A stretch of DNA of 64,000 bases from an uncultured Lachnospiraceae bacterium (GTDB lineage Bacteria > Bacillota > Clostridia > Lachnospirales > Lachnospiraceae), in contig CAYMUW010000012.1 of NCBI GenBank assembly GCA_964393865.1, positions 1,392-65,391 of the forward strand, given 5' to 3'. Within the stretch, counting starts at the first letter, position 1. Each line of letters opens with the position of its first letter. The notes below the pieces were generated by a model that worked only from the letters and a program-made list of their open reading frames with translations, ran no database searches and was not told the origin of the DNA. Below are positions 46,083 to 56,224 of the stretch, piece after piece. The position numbers and the translations under genes are program-made.

Positions 46083-46287
46083 AGTATAAATCTCCTAAAG
46101 GCATAGAAAATGCGCTATTGCGCTTTTGTTGGTCAGAATATTGTAATCAATTCATATGGGAAAGTCAATTCAGAAATGGAAATAGTTTGACCTAGAAAGG
46201 CATTGGCATAAAGATTTTTTCGTGATAGCATAAAATTAAATTAGCAGGGATAATGGACAGCCTATTTTTACAGGGAGAAAAAGCATT

Positions 46288-47391
46288 ATGATTATTCGAA
46301 ACGGACTGGTATTTGAGCCGGAGGGCGGGTTTACCGCAAGAGAAATTTATGTGGATCAAAATCACAGAATCTGCGAAAGTCCTCTTCCCGGAGATCATGA
46401 GATTATAGATGCGGCAGGTCAGTATGTGATTCCCGGGCTTGTGGATATTCATATTCACGGGGCAGTAGGAGCGGATTTTTCAGACGGAGATGCGGAAGGG
46501 CTCTTCAGGATCGCCCGATATTTGAAAGCACAGGGCGTTACATCCTTTTGCCCTGCCTCCATGACCTTGCCGGAGGAACAATTGGTAAAAAGTTTTCGCA
46601 CGTTGGAGAGGCTGCCAAAGGCAGATGAGCTGGCACGACCTGTAGGGATTAACATGGAGGGGCCTTTTCTGGCTGAGGCGAAAAAGGGAGCGCAAAAGGG
46701 CACCTATCTGACGGAGCCGGATATTGATATGTTCCGTCGCCTGCAGGATGCTTCCGGCGGCAGAATTCATCTGGTCACCATCGCTCCGGAGCTTGCGGGG
46801 GCAACGGAATTTATCAGGGAATTAAAGAATGAAGTAATCGTTTCCTTAGGTCATACATCAGCGGATTACGATCAGGCGGCAGCAGGATTTGAGGCAGGTG
46901 CAAGTCATGTGACCCACCTCTTTAACGCCATGGAGCCCTTTTTACATCGTAATCCGGGACTGATCGGCGCCGCAGCGGAGAGGGAGGATGTTTATGCAGA
47001 ACTGATTTGTGACGGCATTCATGTACATCCTTCTGCGGTGCGGGGAGCTTTTGCGCTGTTTGGTGCAGACCGGATGATTCTTATCAGTGACGCCATGCGG
47101 GCAGCAGGGATGGAGGATGGCAGCTATGAGCTTGGGGGACAGCCGGTGAAGAAAAAGGGCGCCTATGCAACTCTTGCTGACGGTACGCTGGCAGGGTCAG
47201 TGACCAATCTGGCAGATGGCCTGCGCAATGCTGTGAAGTTTGGCATTTCCCTTACGGATGCGATTAAGGCTGTGACCGTCAATCCTGCAAGGAGTATTGG
47301 ATTGGAAGGACAGATTGGGCAGCTGCGGCCGGGAGCGGAGGCAGATATTATTTTGATGGACAGAGATATGAATTTCAGAAAGATAATATAA
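46288..47391 (+). CDS. nagA: N-acetylglucosamine-6-phosphate deacetylase
   Basis: GLVDIHIHGAVGADF, HLFNAM, and a DxxR region (ISDAMRAAG). Confidence 0.92.
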   Translation: MIIRNGLVFEPEGGFTAREIYVDQNHRICESPLPGDHEIIDAAGQYVIPGLVDIHIHGAVGADFSDGDAEGLFRIARYLKAQGVTSFCPASMTLPEEQLVKSFRTLERLPKADELARPVGINMEGPFLAEAKKGAQKGTYLTEPDIDMFRRLQDASGGRIHLVTIAPELAGATEFIRELKNEVIVSLGHTSADYDQAAAGFEAGASHVTHLFNAMEPFLHRNPGLIGAAAEREDVYAELICDGIHVHPSAVRGAFALFGADRMILISDAMRAAGMEDGSYELGGQPVKKKGAYATLADGTLAGSVTNLADGLRNAVKFGISLTDAIKAVTVNPARSIGLEGQIGQLRPGAEADIILMDRDMNFRKII

Positions 47392-47426
47392 ACGATGGAA
47401 CAGCTGATCTCAAGGACAGCGTAGAA

Positions 47427-48259
47427 ATGGAGGTTACAATGTATTTATTACCGCAGCCTGATAAAATAGGAACGCAGGAAGGACAGTTCCGACTGCACTA
47501 TAATACCCGTATTATCGGTGCAGCTATGCCGACAGATATGGTTTTGGACATCTATGAGCATGCAAAACTTCTGCTTGATCTGGTGCCTTCCCTGGCAAGC
47601 TTCGGGCATATGTATGAGGTGTTGTCCACCAGGACCTATGCACATTTGTGTGAACTGGAAAACTCCGATAAGGAAGAATATTCCCTGATCGGCAGAATGG
47701 AGCACCATACGCTAAATGTTTCCAGTGAAGAGAGCTTTGCCATGCCATCTGCCTGAATTGGGAGTACTCACCGCAGGTAACAGAAGATCATGTGAAAGGC
47801 GTGTTAAATACGGAATGGGGTGATCTGGCAGATACGGAGTGTGTCAGCTGGTGGCATGCGGTACAGTATAAGGAAAACATGTTGTCTGCCCCTGAGGAGT
47901 GGAAGCCGGATGGCTTAATGGATGTGAAAAAATCAGAGGAACAATTGCAGAGAAATGAAGAGCTTTTGAAACGGTTATATGAAAAGCTTGGCAGGATGCC
48001 TGAGAGCAGAAGAGCGGATGTGTGCGCCTATATTCTTTTGGGAGAGGGACAAAGACTGTTGACCGATATGGTCAAAACTCTGTGCGATTTTCATGCAGGT
48101 CTTCCGTTGTCCTATGATGCCAAAGAGCTTGCGGCAGAGTTGGAGAATTGGCTTATGGAATATAAGAAGCTTTGGAGAAGTGCGGCAAAGGAAAGTGAAC
48201 TGTACCGGATTGTGGAGATTATTTCCTGGTATGCGGACAGACTAAGGGAAATGGCATAA
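47427..48259 (+). pseudogene. remnant of a GH20-like beta-N-acetylhexosaminidase (N- and C-terminal pieces; catalytic core missing)
   Basis: ORF 47427-47756 begins LLPQPDKIGTQEGQFRL, like GH20 N-domains. ORF 47792-48259 contains GVLNTEWGD. The pieces lie in separate frames, total about 260 aa where 550 aa or more are expected, and no HxGGDE-type catalytic motif is present. Confidence 0.45.
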
Positions 48260-48369
48260 TCTGGACATTTGCTGTTTTATTCATTATAATGTGAAAAGGA
48301 ATGAAGCTGTTTGAAAGCATTAAAATGGCAGCAAGGAACAACGTAGGCGATAGAAAGGTATGGAATGGC

Positions 48370-49473
48370 ATGGAAGTTGTATTAAAAAACCTGACAAAAA
48401 AATTTCCCAGTCGTGACAGGAAAAATCATGAGGATGTGATTGCTGTCAATGATTTTACTTTTGAGATACCGGATGGTAAGCTGATAGGTCTTTTGGGGCC
48501 TTCCGGATGCGGTAAAAGCACGACGCTTAATCTGATAAGCGGTCTGTTAAAGCCTACCAGTGGGAAAATATTTTTCGGGGAGGATGACGTTACCGATCTG
48601 CCGCCGGAAAACAGAGGAATCGGTCTGGTATTCCAGAATTATGCGCTTTATCCGCATCTGACGGTGAAGCAGAATATCTTATTTCCCCTGCAAAATCTGA
48701 AAGGCAAGGATAAGCTGTCCAAGCAGGAAATGATTGAAAAGGCATATGCAGCAGCAAAGCTGGTTCAGATAGAGGAACTGATGGACCGCAAGCCCGGAGA
48801 ATTGTCCGGTGGACAGCAGCAGCGTGTGGCCATTGCCCGTGCCTTGGTGAAAATGCCCCGTGTGCTCCTTTTGGATGAGCCTCTTTCCAATCTGGACGCC
48901 CGCTTAAGACTCCAGACCAGAGAGGAAATCAGGAGAATTCAGAGAGAAACCAAAATCACCACTATCTTTGTAACCCATGACCAGGAAGAAGCAATGAGTA
49001 TTTCCGATATGATCGTTGTTATGAAGGAGGGGCTTGTCCAGCAGATCGGCAAGCCGCAGGATGTCTACGATAATCCCACCAATTTGTTTGTGGCAAAGTT
49101 TTTGGGGACTCCGCCAATTAATGTTTTTGACGGGCAGGTTAAAAATAATAAGCTGTACATAGGAGAAGATGCTGTTTTAGACATTAAGGACACCGCAGAT
49201 CAGCAGGTTTATGTGGGCGTCAGGCCGGAAGGCTTTACTTTGCAGGAGGATGGACCGCTTTGCTGTAATTTTAGCGGTGTGGAAATAATGGGACGGGATA
49301 TCAGCGTGGTTTCCACCAACAAAGCTTCCTTAAATCCTACAGTCCGTGCAATTATCGGAACGGAATATAAAGTAAATACGCAGGAGCCTCAGGTAAGATT
49401 TAACCTGAAGCCCTCCAAGGTGTTTATTTTCAGCAAAGAGACCGAAGAGAGAATTCCTTTTGAGGTTCGCTGA
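48370..49473 (+). CDS. sugar ABC transporter ATP-binding protein (MalK/UgpC type)
   Basis: GPSGCGKST, LSGGQQQR, LLLDEPLSNLD. The start at 48370 (MEVVLKNL) is preferred; the track start at 48301 is possible. Confidence 0.9.
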   Translation: MEVVLKNLTKKFPSRDRKNHEDVIAVNDFTFEIPDGKLIGLLGPSGCGKSTTLNLISGLLKPTSGKIFFGEDDVTDLPPENRGIGLVFQNYALYPHLTVKQNILFPLQNLKGKDKLSKQEMIEKAYAAAKLVQIEELMDRKPGELSGGQQQRVAIARALVKMPRVLLLDEPLSNLDARLRLQTREEIRRIQRETKITTIFVTHDQEEAMSISDMIVVMKEGLVQQIGKPQDVYDNPTNLFVAKFLGTPPINVFDGQVKNNKLYIGEDAVLDIKDTADQQVYVGVRPEGFTLQEDGPLCCNFSGVEIMGRDISVVSTNKASLNPTVRAIIGTEYKVNTQEPQVRFNLKPSKVFIFSKETEERIPFEVR

Positions 49474-49496
49474 GTGGGGCAGATGGGAGAACTGAT

Positions 49497-50402
49497 ATGA
49501 TTAAGAAGAAATTACGTGACAGTGGTCTGAAGGGTTGGCTATACCTTTTACCGGCAATTCTTTTTCTGGGATTTTTTATGATATATCCGTTGATAGATGT
49601 TTTCGTCTATTCTTTTGAGGAAGCATACAATTCTGCATCCCAGACCTATATGGGCGTGGGATTATATAATTATTCCTATGTTTTGCATGATCCCTATTTT
49701 TTGCAGGCAGTTAAGAACACGTTTATATTGGTTATTATTACGGTACCGCTGTCTACGGCGATTGCGCTGCTGATTTCCGTAGGTTTGAGCTCTATCAGAC
49801 CTCTTAGAAATCTGTTCCAGACCATTTATTTTCTGCCCTATGTAACCAATACGCTGGCGGTAGGTCTGGTGTTTATGATTTTATTTAAAAAGACGGCATA
49901 CTCGGATGGACTGATTAATCTGCTGATTAACTGGTTCGGCGGAAACTCGGTGGATTTTATTGACGGGCCTTATTGGGCTAAAATGTTTGTGTTGTGCTTT
50001 TACACGATCTGGGTTGTTCTGCCGTTTAAAATTCTGATTCTGACCAGCGCTTTGTCCTCGGTGAATCAGGAATATTATAAGGCGGCAAAAGTTGATGGCA
50101 CATCGCAGTTCAGAACCTTTATGCGTATTACGCTTCCTATGATTTCACCCATGATTTTCTACTTGATTATCACAGGATTTATCGGCGCTTTTAAGGCATA
50201 CAGCGATGCAGTTGCCTTGTTTGGCACCGATTTAAATGCGGTGGAAATGAATACGATTGTGGGCTATGTATATGATATGCTGTACGGTGACAGCGGCGGT
50301 TATCCGTCATATGCATCTGCGGCGGCGATTATCCTGTTTGCTATCGTGCTGACAATCACATGTATTAACCTGCTAATCAGTAAAAAGAACATTCATTATT
50401 AA
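49497..50402 (+). CDS. sugar ABC transporter permease (MalF/UgpA-like)
   Basis: 6-TM profile with an EAA-type loop (YYKAAKVDGTSQFRTFMRITLP). Confidence 0.9.
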   Translation: MIKKKLRDSGLKGWLYLLPAILFLGFFMIYPLIDVFVYSFEEAYNSASQTYMGVGLYNYSYVLHDPYFLQAVKNTFILVIITVPLSTAIALLISVGLSSIRPLRNLFQTIYFLPYVTNTLAVGLVFMILFKKTAYSDGLINLLINWFGGNSVDFIDGPYWAKMFVLCFYTIWVVLPFKILILTSALSSVNQEYYKAAKVDGTSQFRTFMRITLPMISPMIFYLIITGFIGAFKAYSDAVALFGTDLNAVEMNTIVGYVYDMLYGDSGGYPSYASAAAIILFAIVLTITCINLLISKKNIHY

Positions 50403-50425
50403 GGCTGAAGGCATGGAGGATTAAG

Positions 50426-51301
50426 ATGGAAAAGATGATTGATTACAGTAAGATCGAAAAAAATGCCAAAGCCCGCAAAACAGTTATCAATGTAATTACC
50501 TATGTGCTTTTGATCTTTTGGGCTGTTATTGTACTGTTTCCCTTTTATTGGATGCTTCTTACATCCATAAAGAGCTATAGTTCATATAATTCGGAATATA
50601 TTCCAAAGTTTTTTACATTATCGCCGACTTTGCAGAACTATGTGGACGCATTTACCACCGTACCGCTTGGAAGATATTTTACCAATACGGTTATTTTTAC
50701 CGTTGCAACCACTGCTATCATGCTGGTGGTGATTACGCTTGCGGCCTTTGCCTTTGCCAGGCTTGAATTTAAAGGGAAAAATATTGCCTTTGTCATTTTT
50801 CTGTCGCTGATGATGATTCCCAATGAATTGGTGGTTATTACGAATTTTGTGACGGTGACAAATTTAAATATGCGCAATACCTTTGCAGGGCTGATTTTAC
50901 CGTCCGTTACCTCAGTTTTCTATATTTATCTGCTGAAAGAAAATTTTGAGCAGATACCGGACAGCCTGTATTATGCGGCGAAGGTTGACGGTACCTCCGA
51001 TTTGAAATATTTATTAAAGGTAATGATACCCATTTCAAAGCCTACCCTTATTACAATCACTATTTTGAAGGTGATTGAATGCTGGAATTCCTATGTATGG
51101 CCGCGCTTGATTACAGATGACGAGAATTATTATCTTGTCTCAAACGGAATTCAGGAAATCAGAGAAAACGGTTTCGGCCGTGAGAATATTCCGGCAATGA
51201 TGGCGGCGGTAGTGGTCATTTCGGTTCCTTTGATTGTTTTGTTTTTGATCTTTCGCAACAAGGTAATGGAGGGTGTGTCAAGAGGAGGAACAAAGGGATG
51301 A
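50426..51301 (+). CDS. sugar ABC transporter permease (MalG/UgpE-like)
   Basis: 6-TM profile with an EAA-type loop (LYYAAKVDGTSDLKYLLKVMIP). Confidence 0.9.
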   Translation: MEKMIDYSKIEKNAKARKTVINVITYVLLIFWAVIVLFPFYWMLLTSIKSYSSYNSEYIPKFFTLSPTLQNYVDAFTTVPLGRYFTNTVIFTVATTAIMLVVITLAAFAFARLEFKGKNIAFVIFLSLMMIPNELVVITNFVTVTNLNMRNTFAGLILPSVTSVFYIYLLKENFEQIPDSLYYAAKVDGTSDLKYLLKVMIPISKPTLITITILKVIECWNSYVWPRLITDDENYYLVSNGIQEIRENGFGRENIPAMMAAVVVISVPLIVLFLIFRNKVMEGVSRGGTKG

Positions 51302-52929
51302 GCAAAGCATGGTTCAGGAGCAAAATTCGCATTTTTCTTTTAACCGCATTGGCGGCCGGCAGTTCTCTGATGTTGACTGCCTGTCACGGCTCTAAAGGTA
51401 TGGAGGCATTTGAGATTCCTGAGGAATTTGATCTTTCAAGAGAATATGAGATTACATTTTGGGCGAAGAATGATACCAACAAAACGCAGACTGCTATTTA
51501 TGAGCAGGCAATTGCGGATTTTGAAGATTTATATCCGAATATTACAGTGAATCTGCGTTTGTATACGGACTACGGTAAAATCTACAATGATGTGATAACG
51601 AATATTTCAACGAACACTACGCCTAACGTCTGCATTACTTACCCCGACCATATTGCAACCTATTTGACCGGAACAAATCTGGTTGTTCCCCTTGAAGAGC
51701 TGTTTGCGGATGAAAAATACGGGCTGGGCGGAAGCAAAGTCAGATTTGACGCGCCTTCCACAGATGAAATTATCCCGCAGTTTTTGGATGAATGCTTATT
51801 TGCCGGTCATTATTATGCAGTTCCTTATATGCGCTCAACGGAAGCCTGCTATATCAATAAAACTTATGTGGAGGCTCTGGGATACACCCTGCCGGACGCG
51901 CTTACCTGGGATTTTGTCTGGGAGGTTTCCGAGGCAGCCATGGCGCAGGATGCCCGGGGAAACTTTCTGGTAAACGGCCAGAAGGTGATGATTCCCTTTA
52001 TTTATAAGTCCACCGACAACATGATGATTCAGATGCTTAGGCAAAAGGACGCCGGGTATTCTACTGACGAGGGGGAAATTCTGCTCTTTAATGACACTAC
52101 GCGAGAGCTGTTGTTTACGATAGCGGAGCATGCGGAGAGCGGAGCCTTCTCTACCTTTAAAATTTCAAGCTATCCTGCTAATTTTCTGAATGCCGGGCAG
52201 TGTATCTTTGCAATAGATTCCACTGCCGGAGCAACCTGGATGGGAACAAATGCGCCGCTTTTGGATATCAGTGAGGATAAGGTCGTAGAATTTGAAACGG
52301 TGGTTATGCCCATCCCTCAGTTTGATACCGAGAATCCGCAGATGATTTCCCAGGGACCTTCCGTCTGCATATTTAATAAAGAGGATTCTCAGGAGGTTTT
52401 GGCTTCCTGGCTGTTTACTCAGTATCTGCTGAGCAATGATGTGCAGATTGCCTATTCGGAAACGGAAGGATATGTGCCCGTTACATCCAAGGCGCAGGAG
52501 TCAGTCGAATATCAGGATTATTTGTCCAGATGCGGCGAGGATAATAATACTTATTATGATGTGAAAATCAAAGCGGCAGGGCTGTTGCTGGACAATGTTG
52601 ACAACACCTTTGTGACGCCGGTGTTCGGCGGGTCGGCATCCCTTCGTGACGGAGCCGGACAGCTTATTGAAAATACCGTAAAATCTGTCAGAAGAGGGCA
52701 GGAGGTTGACGACAGTTATATAGATAAGCTTTATGATGACATCACCTCCTTATACCGTCTGGATCAGATTGGGGGGCAGAGCGCGCAGGCGGCTTTGGGC
52801 AAAGCGGATTTGGGAAAGCTCCCGAAAACAGCAGTAATCCTTTTATCGGCGTTAGCGGCCGCATGGGTCTTGATTATTCTGTATGTTGTTTTTCAGATGG
52901 TAAAAAAGAAGACAAATAAGCAGAAATAG
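51298..52929 (+). CDS. extracellular solute-binding lipoprotein with an additional C-terminal TM anchor
   Basis: Lipobox LMLTAC. Large SBP body. C-terminal AVILLSALAAAWVLIILYVVFQMV followed by KKKTNKQK. The start overlaps the permease stop. Confidence 0.8.
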   Translation: MSKAWFRSKIRIFLLTALAAGSSLMLTACHGSKGMEAFEIPEEFDLSREYEITFWAKNDTNKTQTAIYEQAIADFEDLYPNITVNLRLYTDYGKIYNDVITNISTNTTPNVCITYPDHIATYLTGTNLVVPLEELFADEKYGLGGSKVRFDAPSTDEIIPQFLDECLFAGHYYAVPYMRSTEACYINKTYVEALGYTLPDALTWDFVWEVSEAAMAQDARGNFLVNGQKVMIPFIYKSTDNMMIQMLRQKDAGYSTDEGEILLFNDTTRELLFTIAEHAESGAFSTFKISSYPANFLNAGQCIFAIDSTAGATWMGTNAPLLDISEDKVVEFETVVMPIPQFDTENPQMISQGPSVCIFNKEDSQEVLASWLFTQYLLSNDVQIAYSETEGYVPVTSKAQESVEYQDYLSRCGEDNNTYYDVKIKAAGLLLDNVDNTFVTPVFGGSASLRDGAGQLIENTVKSVRRGQEVDDSYIDKLYDDITSLYRLDQIGGQSAQAALGKADLGKLPKTAVILLSALAAAWVLIILYVVFQMVKKKTNKQK

Positions 52930-53045
52930 GCAGTACTGCTATTGATTTATTAAAATTTTCATGTATAATTATCTAGATGTTTAAAAGTTTTTATCAGTTA
53001 CATATCTGATGGTAAAGCCGTAAAAGCGGCAGAAGGAGAGGAAGA

Positions 53046-53783
53046 ATGAAAAAGTTTACATCGTTACTGTTGATTTTGACACTGGTACTTGCATGTGTCG
53101 GCTGCGGTTCTAAGGGATCTGACGATACGGATACCAAGTCAGAAGGAGTTATGACCTATGAAGAGTATGTTGCCGCTGATCTTGACACAGAGGTTGTAGT
53201 TGAGACTTATGTACAGGCAAAGCAGTCCTGGTGGGACAATCAGGCTACCGTTTATACACAGGATAAGGACGGCGCTTATTTCCTGTATAATATGGCATGC
53301 TCTGAGGAGGATTATGCGAAGCTGACTACAGGAACTAAGATCAAGGTTACCGGATACAAATCTGAGTGGGCCGGTGAGGTTGAGATTATTGATGCAACAT
53401 TTGAAATTGAAGATGGAAGCTATATTGCAGAGGCAGAGGATGTTACTTCAATTCTTGCTTCTGATGATCTGATCAATCACCAGAATAAATTCGTATCCTT
53501 TAAGGGTATGACCATTGAGGCAATTCAGGATGCAGATGGCAATGATGCAGCTTTCCTGTATGCATGGGACGGTTCAGGTCAGGATGGAGACGATTTGTAT
53601 TTTAATGTTTCCTTTGAAGGAAATACTTATACATTTACCGTTGAGTCTTATCTGTGTGATAACACCACTGAGGTTTACAATGCTGTAAAGGCTTTAAATG
53701 TTGGCGATACAGTTGATATGGAAGGCTTCCTTTACTGGTACGAGGGCGTTAATCCTCACATCACTTCTATAACAGTAAAATAA
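53046..53783 (+). CDS. lipoprotein of unknown function
   Basis: Signal peptide and lipobox LVLACVGCGS. RBS GGAGAGGAAG. Confidence 0.7.
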   Translation: MKKFTSLLLILTLVLACVGCGSKGSDDTDTKSEGVMTYEEYVAADLDTEVVVETYVQAKQSWWDNQATVYTQDKDGAYFLYNMACSEEDYAKLTTGTKIKVTGYKSEWAGEVEIIDATFEIEDGSYIAEAEDVTSILASDDLINHQNKFVSFKGMTIEAIQDADGNDAAFLYAWDGSGQDGDDLYFNVSFEGNTYTFTVESYLCDNTTEVYNAVKALNVGDTVDMEGFLYWYEGVNPHITSITVK

Positions 53784-53799
53784 TTGAACCCCAAATAAT

Positions 53800-53839
53800 G
53801 CCCTGAATGTCAGATATCATCTGATGTTCAGGGCATTTT
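53800..53839. terminator. bidirectional hairpin terminator between convergent genes
   Basis: GCCCTGAATGTCAGAT-atc-ATCTGATGTTCAGGGC followed by ATTTT. Confidence 0.7.
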
Positions 53840-53877
53840 GGTGTAATAAGAAAGCGCCGGAAAACCAGCGTGTGGTG

Positions 53878-54699
53878 TTAGGTGGTAGGCTTTCTTAAGG
53901 GGCAATTGGACATACTGATTCGGTTTTTCAAAACATTCAGTCCGCAGTCGTCTAAATAATCCTGCAGGATCGGAAGGGACTGGGTGGAGGTGGGACCTAT
54001 GATGATTTCGCCGACCAAATCGGACAGATGCAAGTTCAGCTTGCCGCACATTCTGTTTAAATCCAAAGGATAATATTTCTTAATTCTTTCCATGGATACG
54101 TGATATTTAGGCTCCACGGCAAATTCATTGGAAATGAAAGGGGAAACTACCAATCGAAACTCCCTTTCACTGGAAAAGGAAGGATGCTTAAAGGCAGCTG
54201 ACTGTACCCAGGCTTCATTCATAAGCTCCTGCAGCCCGGGCATATTTTCGGAAAATCTCTTTGCGTCCTTGATCAGTTGATAAAATTCATTTACAAGGCG
54301 GTGCTCCCGCATGTCTTCCTGATAATACACTTCCTGAAGAGAAACAGCTCCGCCTGTCATTTTCTGCATCAGATCCTCATGAAATGCAATACATACCCCC
54401 TGACCGAGGTGGCCGTATCTGTCCCACTGGGCAGCATCATCCCTGTACTTTGAAAAGCAGGCAGCATAGGCGGAATAATGAAATTCCTCTGCCAATTCCT
54501 TACGGAAAAAGGCTTCTGCCTTGCGCAGCTTTTCATGCTCGTCATCCAGATCTAATTTTTCGATAACTGCCTTACAGATGCCGTTCATAAACAGTCTCAT
54601 TTCAGAAGCGTCATTCATATTTAAAATATTGTTAAGTCTCAGCTCTGCACACCGGATAATTCCGTCAAAGGCGGCGAAGTCCGTATAATGATACAGCAT
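53878..54699 (-). CDS. DUF2971-family protein
   Basis: N-terminal LYHYTDFAAFDGII..LRLNNILNMNDASE and later FKHPSFSSEREFRLV fit the DUF2971 pattern. The RBS GGAGG lies inside the last codons of the NUDIX gene. Confidence 0.7.
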   Translation of the reverse strand: MLYHYTDFAAFDGIIRCAELRLNNILNMNDASEMRLFMNGICKAVIEKLDLDDEHEKLRKAEAFFRKELAEEFHYSAYAACFSKYRDDAAQWDRYGHLGQGVCIAFHEDLMQKMTGGAVSLQEVYYQEDMREHRLVNEFYQLIKDAKRFSENMPGLQELMNEAWVQSAAFKHPSFSSEREFRLVVSPFISNEFAVEPKYHVSMERIKKYYPLDLNRMCGKLNLHLSDLVGEIIIGPTSTQSLPILQDYLDDCGLNVLKNRISMSNCPLRKPTT

Positions 54700-54702
54700 A
54701 CA

Positions 54703-55356
54703 TTACCTCCATAAATCAGATACAAAATACATAAGGGCGGCCCAGGTATAAACAGAATAAAAGATGCCGTCCTGATCCTTTCCTGTCTTTAGAATTTCTT
54801 TTGCCTCCTTTACGGAAAGAAGCTGAAAGCCGTCAAAGCATTCACTTCCCACAGCTCCCTTTTGGGAAAGAGATGACAGATTATCCAGTTTCACAACCGC
54901 ACAGACAAGCGAATTACTTTCATCAGTCATCCCTGGTGAGGAAAAAAGCAGGGGATTGATGACGGACAGGGAGTCCTTTTCGCTCAACACAATACCGGTT
55001 TCCTCTGTAATTTCTCTTCTGGCAGCGGAAAGAATGGGATCGCCGCCTGTTTCGTCATCCGGATCCAATAGGCCGGCAGGAGGGCTTAACAGGAAATGCC
55101 CTGTGGGATAACGGTATTCTCTGACCATTAACAGCTTCGGCTCATCATCCTTAACTTGAAGGATTACCACGCATGTCACGGCATCCGGGAGCATTTCGGA
55201 AAATTCCTGATCGGATTTGGCTGCCACGATCTGCTCTAAAGGTCTTCTGGTTGCATCGTAGTAATGCTTTCCTTCCTCGTACTGCAGATCAAAAACCCTT
55301 ATAAATTTTGATTCAAACAGTAATTGTATATTTTCTTTGTTGATATTTGGTTTCAT
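54703..55356 (-). CDS. NUDIX hydrolase (ADP-ribose pyrophosphatase-like)
   Basis: NUDIX box AGLLD..AARREITEETGI. N-terminal beta domain like NudF-type enzymes. Confidence 0.85.
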   Translation of the reverse strand: MKPNINKENIQLLFESKFIRVFDLQYEEGKHYYDATRRPLEQIVAAKSDQEFSEMLPDAVTCVVILQVKDDEPKLLMVREYRYPTGHFLLSPPAGLLDPDDETGGDPILSAARREITEETGIVLSEKDSLSVINPLLFSSPGMTDESNSLVCAVVKLDNLSSLSQKGAVGSECFDGFQLLSVKEAKEILKTGKDQDGIFYSVYTWAALMYFVSDLWR

Positions 55357-55698
55357 ATTCTATTCCTTTCGCTTGATTATTATTGTAGTATGAATTTGGG
55401 GAATTGGCAATTTCATATTTTAATAGTGTGGCGGTAGTGATAAAATCCTGTCTTTGACAGTGTTTTGACGTAAAAAGTCCCGGAGACCGCACTGGCTTTG
55501 AGGGGATTTTTATGTGGTTAAGCTGTCAAACTCCCGGTATTCTGCCTATTACTTTCCGACAATAAGTTTACCCCATCATTGGCAATTTGTTAGTTGAAAT
55601 ATATTTTCAATCGTGCTATTATCAACTTAAGTTAGAAAAAATTAATAAATTTTCTCAAAAATTAATTTTTTTAGTTGCGGAAGGAAATTAACTTAAGG

Positions 55699-56205
55699 AT
55701 GAAATATACCTGTGAAACTGCAATAAATCGTCTGCTGAAAAGCTATGCAGTTTATTATAATATTACTATGTTCAATGATGAACGGACTCCAATCACAGCC
55801 CGCTGTGATTTTTTTGAGCATTCACAAAAATACATAGTATCCAAAAAGGCTGAATTGTGGTCGGCGAACGGCGAAGAATTTCTTTATATATTAAACATTC
55901 CTCATCTTACAAAAGAGCTTTTTGAAAAATGGAGGGACTATGTGTACGAGGATGGCATGAAGCTGCTTCATGTAGGGCCGGGACATATGTACTCGTTTAT
56001 CACGCCGGTATTTGTCTGTGAAACTTGCGATGAAGATGCAAGAAAGGCATTAAAAAAATGCCGAATTTACAAAAGTTTTCATTTTTCGCTTCATGGCTGG
56101 ATGGATTATCATGTGGCAGTCGTTGATTTAAGCAAAGGACGGGTCGATGCTAACCGAAGCGGCCATCAGACGGCGAAAATTTTGAAAAAGGTGCTATTTT
56201 CATAA
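55699..56205 (+). CDS. hypothetical cytoplasmic protein upstream of cstA
   Basis: ORF with no recognised motif. The ATG at 55699 is preferred over the TTG at 55675. A promoter-like TTGAAA-17-TATTAT lies at 55594-55622. Confidence 0.55.
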   Translation: MKYTCETAINRLLKSYAVYYNITMFNDERTPITARCDFFEHSQKYIVSKKAELWSANGEEFLYILNIPHLTKELFEKWRDYVYEDGMKLLHVGPGHMYSFITPVFVCETCDEDARKALKKCRIYKSFHFSLHGWMDYHVAVVDLSKGRVDANRSGHQTAKILKKVLFS

Positions 56206-56224
56206 AAAGAAGGGAGAGAGTTGT

